Assembly: GCF_964355755.1 (NCBI RefSeq)
Contig: NC_092672.1
Location: forward strand, 434,001-498,000
Reading direction: 5' to 3'
DNA length: 64,000 nucleotides
DNA from: Antedon mediterranea
Taxonomy: Eukaryota > Animalia > Echinodermata
Part shown: positions 12,133 to 23,903 of the stretch, one piece after another
Position numbering within the stretch: the stretch's first letter is position 1
Layout of the letters: each line of letters opens with the position of its first letter
The notes under the pieces: model-generated
Database searches by the model: none
What the model was told of the DNA's origin: nothing
Seen by the model: only the letters and a program-made list of their open reading frames with translations
Program-made: the position numbers and the translations under genes

Positions 12133-12739
12133 TATCTGTTTCAGTCATATTAAGCATTACAAGGCCTGTTTCATGCACTTACATATCTAAAATCACACAG
12201 TTGAGTATCGTTGGGGTAGAGTTTGTGTATTTTTGCGATTAACCAACATATTTTTATTTTGTTACACGTTTCCATGGTAACAAAAAGGTATTTTCCATAA
12301 ATTATTAAAAATTGTGTATTTATAGTATACAATTAACTAGTGAAAAAATGAGCATAATGTGATTCATAATTAAAGAACTATCTTTGATTTGTATGTATTT
12401 TGCGATTAAAGGACATCTTTTTAATAATTAATCATTTAATATATCTGAAGAAAGAACAATGATTAATTTTTATAAAATAAATATTTCTTGTCTATATAGC
12501 TATATTTAATTTTCTGTTTTTATGTGTCTGATTTGATCGTTATCATTTATACTGCTGTTTTAATATTGTAAATGAATCCTCAATTTAGCCATTGGCTGTT
12601 GCTATGGTCTCTTTTCATATTCGGATTGATCATGTAATATATCGAAATAAAGTACTATAAATTACACACAAACACACCGGTAGATAATTGTCATTTAAAT
12701 GGAGGATTGTTGGTCACATGATATTCAATAACTACCATT

Positions 12740-13390
12740 ATTCAAGAACAAACATTCCTGAATGTTACATTGATTCACAGCATAATGCATGCATAATTAC
12801 CTGCGAGTCTTACCGTGTCCCAACGTCATGTCAACAAGTATCAGAGCTTGGACAATTCTGGACAATAAACGTAACAAATTTTGTCCAACACTGATGATGA
12901 TGATGATGATGATGTTTACACATTACATTTGAACCGAAAATATTTTTCTTTTCTATGTTTCAAGTAATTTCATCCATAAAAGTTGATATCTCAGCGAATC
13001 TCGAAGCATCATGTGTATTGGCTAATTTTTGAAAATAGTAATGTAAGGCTCTACTCCCAACCAAACATTCGTCTTCGTGAACTTATGTAAGATGTCTTAT
13101 ATACTGGCATTCGGTAAATATTGCATCACTGACGACATAAAAAATACTGGATCAACAAAGTTGAAACAATAACAGAGAACACTATTGTCAATTCGTCATA
13201 TACATTTATAGTTCTAGACACCGGTAACGGATACTCGCTTACAACAATGAGCAGGAGGAGCGTTTCTCGTTCAAAGAGTATCACATTGTTTGATAGTAGG
13301 CCTATAAATTAAATTATACCCATTTGCCAATAATAATTGCACCCTGGATTCTGATTCTTTTCTGTATTTTCTGTTTGTTCATTCTTCATA
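12740..13390 (+). pseudogene. Second degenerate partial copy of gene A
   Basis: Near-identical to 6960-7635; contains a (GAT)n expansion near 12893-12914. Confidence 0.8.
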
Positions 13391-14314
13391 GCAAAAATAT
13401 TTCACCTATCATAAAACAATAAGCAAGAAATAACATGATCAGCTTTCCAACGATATCACAATCTTAGCCCCATTTTTAGAAATCAGATAAGAAAGATAAC
13501 ATTTATAGAATTTCGACAATATTATGATCGGCAGTCTGTCTGAGGGAGAGAGAATTATAATATTAATAATTTGTTCACTTGTAATAATACAGTATTATCA
13601 TTCCGCTCTATACCCCACATTGTGTGATTGTTATTCATGAAATATCGCCATCCGTGTTATTGTATTGATAATTCATATTTATTAACTTATATTATAACAA
13701 AAGCCTAAATGAAACGTAAACAGGATTGTTGCAATTATAAACAAGCTAAGCTCCTGCACCATAGTAATTGTAACTCAAAGGAGTGTAAGGCTTTATCTGA
13801 AATTATTCAGTGCATTTCTGGTATACTAATAACAAAGGTACAGGTGTAGGATTGCTTTACAACATTAGACATTCTCTGTTCTTTTTAACAATAGGTAAGT
13901 AAATGGGTTAGTAAAAAAAAATAATAATTAAATAATAAAATTAGGTGGTTTCCCGAATGATCGTAAAATCAAAACGGTACTGTATATAATACTTACACTG
14001 GACCTATAGAGTTATGAAAGCCACAGTACAATATGCTTGATTACACTTATGGTTACTAAATCAACATTTTACGTTAAAACATGACATGATGGTCTTGCGT
14101 AACAGTTGAGTTTAGTTGCTTTCAGTTCCTGGTCGACATAACGACTCATCGGCATCTACGCATATCCAGGGTAGCGGTGGAAAACAAACAAAGACCTAAT
14201 CATAAAATCTTAATATGCTTTAGCATAGAAACTAAAAAAATGTGAATTAGTACGGAGAAATTGAAAATATCACATTATTCTCATCGAGTGCGAGAACATC
14301 TTAACCAGTTAAAA

Positions 14315-16192
14315 ATGTTGATCCGTATAAATGCCTGTCTTGTCTACATCTCATTCGTATTTGTTTTAGTCCTCTTCGATTCCGAAGCGATCAACAACGT
14401 AATAATAACGCCTCCATTGACTATTTCACCCGTGTTTAGCAAAATAGAGCTAAGTTGTATAGTACAAGAAGACATAGATGTGCATGCGGTGATTTGGTAT
14501 AAATTGAAGAACAAAATTATTGAAAATACAAATATACTTGAGTCTACCTATTCTGTGAATTGTAACTTTACGAGTAAAAGTTTCAAACTGTTAATTTATA
14601 AACCTGCAGGATTCAATGCTGGTATGTACAAATGTGAAGTGTGTTTCGATTTGGAAAGAAAAACGTGTGCATTTAGCAATGATGCAAATGTAACTGTATA
14701 CTCGATTCCTGCAAGTCCAAAATGCATTGATGTTGAACGTGATGTCAAAGAAGGGGACGCCATACCTTTCGGGTGTTTTATGATTGACGGTACACGCTTC
14801 CCAAGTCTCTTGGATGTGTCGATAAATTACAAAAACGGCACATCTCGACCAAACCTGGCGACCTCCTCAACAGACAAAAGCATATCACACAATATATCAA
14901 TATCTTACGATCTAAACAACGCTGTGTTGTGCTGCACTGCCCGATTTCCAATAATAAATACGACATTAAACTGTTTAAGTGGGCCACTTAATGTCAGTTA
15001 CTCTCCAAAAGTTCTTTCACTGACCTACTCAATTGTAGACTCCATCAATGACCCAAGCAACGCATCAATAACAATGAATATTACATCAAATCCTGAAGCC
15101 ACTGTGAGTTGGTCAAGGTTTGGCAGCAACTTTATCGTCTGTAACTCATCTGGAAGTTCAGAAAACGCTATGCTTTATGTGTGTAATATCTATAATATTA
15201 CAAACGGGACAGAAGTTATTGTTTCAGCTAATAATTCTTTTGGTAACCATAGTGAAGCGTTAACGTTAGTTTGGTCCCACAGAAGCAAAACAGACGCCGA
15301 TTACACTGTCAGACCACCTAAAATAACGTTGCGAATAAATAATCAACAAACGGAGATTAATGATATTAATAATAATACTACTGATTATCAAATTGATTAC
15401 AGTGAATATAATATGTTTACGATAACACTCATTATTGTATCTGTTTCTTCGCTGTTGTTGATTATTACCGTTATTATTGTTATAATAAAACTCAGAAAAA
15501 AGAGCAAACCTCAGAATCAAAATCTTAATGTAAATAGAGATTCATCCACACCGAACAGACAACACCCGATACAACATATCTACGAAACCAAACTATATGA
15601 AGTGTGTAGTGTCAATGAATCGATCTCAGGAGAGCTCAATGAACACAAACATGTAGACCTACCAATGCAAGTGGTGGAATTGCACAATACGGATTTAGAA
15701 GCAGAAAACATGTGCAACAACGAAACGACTGAAAATTTAACATACATTGAAATTGATCATCCAATAATTGAAAATAAAGTCGAAGTGATACGAACAATTG
15801 AAAGAGTTGATTACACAGAAATAGTTGACAAACATTCTACGGCTATAGCTGGAAAAAAGACAACACAAGATAAAAATTTAGGCCTAGTTCCTGATAGAAT
15901 TAGTTGCATCAACCAATGTAAGTTCGACCATATCACGATGAAGGATAATCAGGTAGAATGTTCACTTTGCCAAAAACAATACCATAGACATTGTGTAAAA
16001 ATGAAGCTAACCACGACATCCACAGTTTGGTTGTGTCCATATTGTAAAGATATACCGGGTACCATGTCGGATATGGCTAATAACATTGCTTCGTTGAGTG
16101 CAATGGTAAAACAACAGCAAGATATGATTGCAAATCAAAAATTAGCAATGCAGAGTATTTTAGAGAAACAATTAGAAAGTCATAAATACTAG
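14315..16192 (+). CDS. Single-exon IgSF receptor E1: 3 Ig-like domains, TM, Tyr motifs, ITIM-like pair, PHD finger, coiled coil
   Basis: ATG 14315 precedes the signal peptide; ELSC..IWY..AGMYKC; TM ITLIIVSVSSLLLIITVIIVII; HIYET, LYEV, LTYIEI, VDYTEI; C-x3-C..C-x2-C..H-x2-C..WLC-x2-C. Confidence 0.88.
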   Translation: MLIRINACLVYISFVFVLVLFDSEAINNVIITPPLTISPVFSKIELSCIVQEDIDVHAVIWYKLKNKIIENTNILESTYSVNCNFTSKSFKLLIYKPAGFNAGMYKCEVCFDLERKTCAFSNDANVTVYSIPASPKCIDVERDVKEGDAIPFGCFMIDGTRFPSLLDVSINYKNGTSRPNLATSSTDKSISHNISISYDLNNAVLCCTARFPIINTTLNCLSGPLNVSYSPKVLSLTYSIVDSINDPSNASITMNITSNPEATVSWSRFGSNFIVCNSSGSSENAMLYVCNIYNITNGTEVIVSANNSFGNHSEALTLVWSHRSKTDADYTVRPPKITLRINNQQTEINDINNNTTDYQIDYSEYNMFTITLIIVSVSSLLLIITVIIVIIKLRKKSKPQNQNLNVNRDSSTPNRQHPIQHIYETKLYEVCSVNESISGELNEHKHVDLPMQVVELHNTDLEAENMCNNETTENLTYIEIDHPIIENKVEVIRTIERVDYTEIVDKHSTAIAGKKTTQDKNLGLVPDRISCINQCKFDHITMKDNQVECSLCQKQYHRHCVKMKLTTTSTVWLCPYCKDIPGTMSDMANNIASLSAMVKQQQDMIANQKLAMQSILEKQLESHKY

Positions 16193-16227
16193 CGGTATTA
16201 TGATACAAATAACAATAATAGGCCCAC

Positions 16228-18350
16228 AAGTAATTTCATCTGCCGGGTTGGTGCCGGGTGGTTAATATTTCAGAAAATCCTGAAGCATCTGCAGTGTACT
16301 GGCGACGGTATGATGAACACAGAGAGACTTGTTTGCTTTCAAATCAAACGTTCGCCGTCGTGAACTTATGCGAAGCTGATGAGTCTAAACCCTTCAAAAT
16401 CTCCGGGCCCAGACAGCATACATCCACGTGTACTAAAAGAAGCAGCAGAAGTAATCGCTGATCCACTAACAAACATATTTAATAAATCCATAAAGGAAGG
16501 TATCATTCCTGACGACTGGAAGGTAGCTCATGTTTCCGCTATATTTAAGAAGGGCAACCCTACTAATCCAGGCAACTATAGGCCCATCAGTTTAACATCA
16601 GTGATATGTAAAGTAATGGAATCCTTAATCAGAGATGATCTAATGATGTTTCTGGAAGGTAACGATCTTATAAGTAACCATCAATATGGATTTAGAGCAG
16701 GCAGATCATGTGTAACACAACTGATAATGGTACTTGATAAATGGACAGCTATGATTGATGAAGAAGGTGGTGTAGACGTAGCATACCTGGATTTTAGCAA
16801 GGCCTTCGATACTGTCCCACACCAACGACTACTGAAAAAAATACAAGCATATGGAATTAATGGTAATCTTTTAAAATGGATAGAATGTTTCTTACTTGGA
16901 AGGAAGCGGCGTGTTGCAATTAAAGGAACCTTATCGTCTTGGTCTCATGTTACAAGCGGGATACCCCAAGAAAGTGTCCTCGGACCTATACTATTCTTGA
17001 TCTACATAAACGATCTACCCGATATATTAGAAACCCACACAGAGATGTTTGCTGATGATACCAAACTGTTCAATCACATTAAGAGTCGGGTTGACTGTGA
17101 AGCCCTCCAACGTGATATTGATGCTGCTAACGATTGGGCAAAAACTTGGCAGTTGAAGTTTAACGTCAATAAGTGCTGCATTATGCATCTTGGCAGGAAT
17201 TGTACAATTATACGATGTCAGTGGAGGCTTTGCAGGCAAAAGAGGAAGAAAAAGACTTGGGCGTTATATTTGACCAGACCCTCAAGTTCAGCAAACACGT
17301 TGGAATCGTCAGTAATAGAGTGATCAGACATACATTTAACTACCTTGATGAGGAAATGTTTGTTCCACTTTTTAAATCATTAGTGAGACCTCACCTTGAA
17401 TATGCTAATTGTGTATGGCCTCCGTTTCTTCGTAAAGATATAACATGCATTGAAAAAGTTCAAAGGAGGGCAACAAAAGCAATTCCTTCATTAAAAGACC
17501 TGGATTATACAGAATGCCTAAAACGACTAAATCTACCAACATTGGCCTTTAGAAGATTACGAGGAGATATGATTCAAGTTTTTAAAATGGTGACAGGCCT
17601 AAGTGGTAGTGGAATGCGTAACTTCTTCCCTATGAAAACATACGAGAGAAACCTAAGAAGACATAGATACACCATATACCGGTATAAGCGACGACCTAAA
17701 CTGGATATCCGCAAGTACAATTTTTCTTACAGAATTGTTAACCTATGGAATAGTCTACCAGAGGAAGCCGTTAACACCACCACAGTAAACGCCTTTAAAA
17801 ATAAACTTGATAAATTCATTGAAAGAAAATACAACAAATTTACTGTTATGGGATAAAGTGTATTGCAGAAGAATTTAAATCAAGGAAACGAATGAAAAAC
17901 AAAAACAAACAAAAACCATGCAGTGATGACTTGATGAAATTGGGAGGGCATGGCATGTACCATACAGAAATGTATGGTCTACTTACGAGCCCGACAAGAC
18001 AGGTGATTACAGGTGATTACAGGTGATATGTAAGACGTCTACTGGCATTCGGTATATTTGTTTCATTGATGACGACATACAAAATGGATCAATTATTGAA
18101 ATAATAGCTGAAAATGCTATTGGCAATGCATCTTATAATGTACAGCTTTTGTAGACACCGGTAACTCAGTTAGGCCAACAAACATGAGTACAGTTTCCAC
18201 TACTAAGTCTGCTAATATCACATTAACTGACCGTAAATTGGATTTTACACTTTTGTCAATAATATTGGCACGTGGTGGAGTTCTGGTTCTTTTTTATATG
18301 TTCTGTTTATCATGTGCCTCAAAAAGTTTATATTTTATTTGGTTAATTAA
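16228..18350 (+). pseudogene. Gene A2: 5'-truncated copy of A1 interrupted by a LINE
   Basis: 16228-16370 and 18027-18350 align with A1 4388-4862 (NPEASAVYWRRYDEHRE; ggcacgtggtgg TM). Confidence 0.85.
16371..18026 (+). mobile_element. 5'-truncated CR1-group LINE (RT domain, frameshifted)
   Basis: KSPGPD, NYRPISLTS, LDFSKAFD, FADD, RPHLEY motifs; (TTACAGGTGA)n 3' tail; TATG duplicated at both junctions. Confidence 0.93.
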
Positions 18351-18998
18351 GTGAATTACCAAATTAATCAGAAAACATAACAATCTGAGATACCGTAAAT
18401 TATAAATAAGATATTTTATTTACTTTATTATTCCATAATTAACACAAATGGAACATAATTAGGATGTATATTATGAACAGAGGTACTACCTCTTAAGTAT
18501 GTCCGAAACCGGACCTGAAGTATGTCTTAATATGATAAATTAAATTAGGCCTTACTGTATAACAGAGGCAAGTTACGTTGTAATGAAATTGAATATGAAT
18601 TAAGTATCGGCCTATTAGAAATCTTTCGTTCGTTATTTGAAATAATAGACTGTCGTGAAATCTGTAAGCTCAAATACGCAATGTTGGGTCGCGAGAATTC
18701 CCAAAATAGGATCATGGGGTCGCGGTCAAAAAAGGTTGCGGAACGCTGCACTAAGCTAATGGAATTATGAATAATTCATGAGAAAAAAAATCGATTGCTA
18801 TATTTTCCGATAAGATGAATAAGAATGACAATAAAATTGACTGAGCGATTGTAATGTACCAATCATCCATTACATCATTTAAATGTGACTTTTGTCCTGT
18901 AAAATCGTCGACTCAATCAGAACAAAATGTTTGAATACCATTAACAGCTAGCAACAAGCTATAGCTTCTTACATATACAGATTAAGCACAACTTTGTC

Positions 18999-20129
18999 AT
19001 GTTTTGTATATTTGTATACCTTATATTGTGCTTGAAGGTGCTGTTTGCGAACGGTGTACTATCAATGCTCCAAACTGAACCACAAATAGAAATATTACAA
19101 GCATATGTTGGACAAAAAAACGTGAAGCTGGATTGTATACGTTCCAATCCGACTAACAAGCTATCTTGGTACTTGGTGGACAAAGAATCTGAATCTCAAC
19201 TGACAACAGACACATGGGTTAAATACCCAAGTGTGTATGATGTTGAATACACTACTGGTCAAAACGTGAGTAATTATCACCTGGTTATTAAAGACATGAA
19301 CATGTTATTTGAAGGATTGTATTTATGCGAAGCTACATTCTATAACAATGAAGTTAAATCTATGGGATTAACAAGACTGATCGTATATGAATTACCTTCT
19401 GAACCAAAGGTTGCATGCAGTGTTGTAGAAACTGATGTCATAGAAGGGACGACATCTATAGTTCAGTGCAATGCATCTATTGGTAGTATTCCAGCGGAAT
19501 TTGAAATATCGATTATTTATAGCAATTCTCCCAATCCCGTTATCACCAACTCTACAATGGATGAATGCGGATTTAATTGCGTCACAGTTGAAGTTCACAT
19601 AACGCGTAGCATGGATTCATTCCAATGTGTTGTCTTACACGATCTTCTACCAAACGAGATAATAAGTTACACGCCGCATCTTAATGTAAGTTACCCACCA
19701 ACATTCCAGAATGTTCCTGAGACGGTAGAGTATGACACAGAAGCCGATTTGAATATTTCGATTAATGTAGATTCTAATCCAACAGCACGAGTTTATCCGG
19801 AGTTGTGGAAGAAATTGTTACTTCACACCCTTGTTAGAAAATTAAGGGTAATAACTGAAGACAGCTTTGTGCTTTCAATCAAAGGATCAGAAATAGGTGA
19901 AACTACGTACATTAAAATCAAAGCGATTAACAGTATTGGATATGATATCCGAAGCATTCAACTATATATAAAAAAAACAGAATGTTGTTTAAAAGAAATT
20001 GATGAACATGGCAACATGTTCTGGTGGTTTCTATTAATAGCAATATTTTTACTTTTTGTGGGCGGCATATTGTGGTGGAGAAAACGGCGCCAACGTCGTG
20101 TAGAAAACAATCAAAACTTACCCACTTGA
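18999..20129 (+). CDS. Single-exon IgSF membrane protein B2 (recent paralog of B1)
   Basis: Nearly identical to B1 in domains 1-2; TM FWWFLLIAIFLLFVGGILWW then RKRRQRR. Confidence 0.88.
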   Translation: MFCIFVYLILCLKVLFANGVLSMLQTEPQIEILQAYVGQKNVKLDCIRSNPTNKLSWYLVDKESESQLTTDTWVKYPSVYDVEYTTGQNVSNYHLVIKDMNMLFEGLYLCEATFYNNEVKSMGLTRLIVYELPSEPKVACSVVETDVIEGTTSIVQCNASIGSIPAEFEISIIYSNSPNPVITNSTMDECGFNCVTVEVHITRSMDSFQCVVLHDLLPNEIISYTPHLNVSYPPTFQNVPETVEYDTEADLNISINVDSNPTARVYPELWKKLLLHTLVRKLRVITEDSFVLSIKGSEIGETTYIKIKAINSIGYDIRSIQLYIKKTECCLKEIDEHGNMFWWFLLIAIFLLFVGGILWWRKRRQRRVENNQNLPT

Positions 20130-20527
20130 ACGATGAACCATCTTTTATTTTTAATCTTGTACTATAAATTCTTTTTTTTTCTTTCATGGGGGTCACCCAC
20201 ATTTATTCATTCTGTTATACGGTACCTTATACAAATATATATATATATATTTATACATTCATTTATGTAAAAATATAAAAACAATAAAATGCAATAAACT
20301 AGTTAAAAAGGCACTATATCTATATACATGTACATAAAATCAATGCACTAAAAGTATGCTTTAAATTCTATTATTTATCACATTTTTGTATAGGGGCCTA
20401 TAGGCCCAATTTTCTGTTTTTATGTGTCTGATTTGATCTTTGTCTTTTATATTGCTCTTTTAATATTGTAAATGAAAGCCTCAATTCAGCCATTGGCTGT
20501 TGCTATGGCCTCTTTCCATATTTGGAT

Positions 20528-22969
20528 CTGGATGAATACTGGCGAAGGACCACATGGGTATATGCGCCAGGGGGTGCGTCTCTCGGTGTGCAAACATCAA
20601 ACTTAAATGAATTTATTTTATTTTATTTATTTATTTTTTTTATTTATTAACCTCACAAAACTGACCAAACAATGACAAAAAACAAACAAACCAACATCCA
20701 TATATTAATATACATAAATCGATTGCTGCATTAAATTGAAGCCCATGACTTGGCAGTACATGCTATTAGGTGGTGCAATAGTGATTGTGCAATCATCTAA
20801 GTTTGTCCACAGTGTTGATTTAAAGGTTTGTAGTGATGATGCTTGTTTAATGCATTCTGGAAGTACATTCCATGCTCTTACAATACGCGGAAAAAAAGAA
20901 TATTTGTATTTGTCTATTGAGTATCTCGCATTTGACAATTTAAAATTATTGGAGTTTCGTAACACTCCTGTATGAATATTACTTGTCTGGCAACAAATCT
21001 TCTATGTTGAAGAAGTGGCCATTTTAACTGTTTAATAATCTCTGTAATGCTACTATTTCTGTCATAATTTTTTGTCACATATCTGGCTGCTTTGTTTTGA
21101 ATTGATTGTATTTTATTAATTTGCTTTAGTTGATATGGATCACATACTGTCTGCGCATATTCTAGTGTTGGTCGAACAAATGTCGTGTATGATTTATTTT
21201 TAATTTCAACAGAACAATTGTGAACATTTCTTCTTAACATGTTTAATGTATTATTTGCTTTTTTTTGTAATCTTGTCAATGTGAGCTCCCCATGTTAGGT
21301 TATGGGTAAGTTCCACTCCAAGGTATCTAAGTTGTTTTGTTGATTGAAGTGTAACATTATGCATTGTATATTCTATTTTTCTGTTACTTATTTTAATTAC
21401 TTGGCATTTGTTGGGATTAAATTTCATTTGCCATTTTTCAGACCATGCCACTACTTTATCAAGATCTTTTTGGAGTTGCTTGGCATCATTGTTATTTTCG
21501 ACAGATTTAAATAAAATACAATCATCAGCAAATAATTTCATTTCCGACGTAATATTTTCTGTAATGTCGTTAATGTAAAGTAAAAACATGAGAGGTCCTA
21601 AAACTGTACCCTGTGGTACTCCTGATTGTACCTTTACTTTATTGGATGTGTATCCATCCATAACTACCGATTGGGACCTATCAACTAACCATGATTTTAT
21701 CCAATTATGTGTACAACCTCTTTTTCCATAATAATTAACTTTGTATAAAAGCCTTTGATGAGGAACCGTATCAAATGCTTTTGAAAAATCAAGTACTATA
21801 CAATCGGTGATTTTCTTTACATCCATGTTTTTTGTTAATATTTCTATTGTGTTAATTAATTGAGATTCACAACTATGGCCTTGTCTGAATCCATGTTGAT
21901 TAATATTTAGTATATTTCTTTTTTCTAGGTGATCCATAACATTACTAAATATTACATGTTCCATAACATTACAAGTCACACATGTAAGAGACACAGGCCT
22001 ATAATTAACTGGTAATGATCTATCACCTTTTTTAAATAAGGCTGTTACATTTGCTTGCTTCCAATCATGTGGCACTTCCCCTTCCTCTAAAGACTGCTGA
22101 AATATTTTAGTCAGGATGGGTGCCACAATATCTGCATGGTCTTTAATAATTTGCGTCGGAATCATGTCTATACCAATTTCTTTTTTGGGATTAAGTTTAC
22201 TTAATAGTTTAAATATTCCATCTGTATTAATTTTATTTTCAGGCATCTTTGGATATGGACTTTGGCCTTTGTCGGGAATATTCCTAGTATCTTCATTGGT
22301 AAATACTTTCTGAAATTGTTTAGATAACATTAATTCTGCTTTATCCTTTCCTTCAGTTGCGAATTTACCATCTGTTTGCAGACATGAGATACCAACTCTA
22401 TCTCGTCTTAGACCCTTTACGAATGTATATAGTTTTTTAAGTGCACCACCACTATTTTCAATTTCATCGAACAAGCTTTCGACATACTGGTCATATGCCT
22501 TTTTAATTTCGATTGTTATTCTTTTTTGGATACTTCTATATTGTCCCAATCCTTAGCTGGTTTTGTTGTTCATGGCTTTTCTATATTTTTTTCTTCTAAC
22601 CCTCATAAGTTTTTTAACTTTATAGTTGATCCATGGTAGATTAGATTTATTACTTGTTTTTTTGGTTGGAACATGCTTGTTTACGATTTAGAAAATCCTG
22701 TTTTTAAAGCTTATCCAATTTTGATTTACATTCAAATGTTTCATATTATTAACAAAATCAACATGGAATTGAAGTGTTCTATTTCTTCCCTTATTTTATC
22801 TATATTTGCTTTTCTAAACAAGAAAATTTGCCTAGGTTTTTTAGGGTTGATTTTTGCTTTCATTTCATACTCTGCTGTTACTACATCATGCTTACATAAT
22901 CCTGGGTGTGTTTTAACATCAGTCAGTAGATCTGGAGAAGTGGTAAAAATGAGGTTCAGAGTATTTTGT
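20528..22969 (-). mobile_element. 5'-truncated CR1-group LINE with frameshifts
   Basis: NYRPVSLT, LDFSKAFD, GVPQGTVLGP, FADD, RPTLEY, YSFFPR; TTTGGAT at 20521-20527 and 22970-22976 (TSD); the empty site is visible near 6840. Confidence 0.93.
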
Positions 22970-23084
22970 TTTGGATTGATCATGTAATATATCGAAATAA
23001 AGTACTATAAATTAGACACAAACACACCGGTAGATAATTGTCATTTAAATGGGGGATTGTTGGTCACATGATATTCAATAACTA

Positions 23085-23650
23085 CCGTTATTCAAGAACG
23101 AACATTCCTGAATGTCACATTGATTTACACTATAATGTAATTGAAGATACTCAGGTTATATTTACTTGTGAGGCTTACCGTGTGCCAACTCCAACAACTA
23201 TTAAAGCTTAGACAATTCTGGACAATAAACGTAACGAACTTGGTCCAACACTGATGGGGAGAAGGTCTTTACTTATCCAACAATCGACTTGAATCACACA
23301 GCAAACGGAATTTCATTTGCATGTGAAGTAAATTATAACATCGAAAATCTCGAAATATCTGTGTATACTATTGGCTAATTTTTTTAAACAGTAATTCGTG
23401 AAATTATACTGGCATCCAGTCCATTTTGTTTCACTGACGACATAAAAATACTGGATCAACAAAGTTGAAACAATTATAGCAGAGAACGGATACTCGCTTA
23501 CAACAATGAGCAGGAGGAGCGTTTCTCGTTCAAAGGGTATCACATTGTTTGATAGTAGGCCTAAATTTAATTATACCCATTTGCCAATAATAATTGCACG
23601 CTGTAGATTTCTGGTTCTTTTCTGAATTTTATGTTTGCTCATATGCTTCA
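23085..23650 (+). pseudogene. Third degenerate partial copy of gene A
   Basis: Matches A1 4075-4300 closely (acttggtccaacactgatgggg, cacagcaaacggaatttcatttgcatgtgaag), then deleted and degenerate. Confidence 0.8.
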
Positions 23651-23903
23651 TGTAGAAATGAAATTTAACAATGATTCAATTCATTCATCATGAAAGATGA
23701 CTTAATCGCAACTTATTGAACGCATATAAATAGAGGGGTTTATTCTCATAGCAAAACATTTTACCTATAATAATACAATGTGCAAGAAATCACAGTATTA
23801 GCAAAAGATAAGCTTTCCAACGACATAAAAACTTAGCTCCATTTTTAAATACGATAAGAAAGATAGAATTTATAGCGAATTTCGACAATATTATGATCGG
23901 CAG

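Noticed and set aside
14261-14314. N-terminal extensions in the ORF track for E1, F (42866) and E4 (59991)
   Set aside because: Signal peptides and paralog alignment point to ATGs at 14315, 43031 and 60051
16371-22969. RT genes next to variable Ig genes as a diversity-generating retroelement
   Set aside because: RTs are ordinary truncated CR1-group LINEs with TSDs; no template/variable repeat pair with adenine-specific differences was seen
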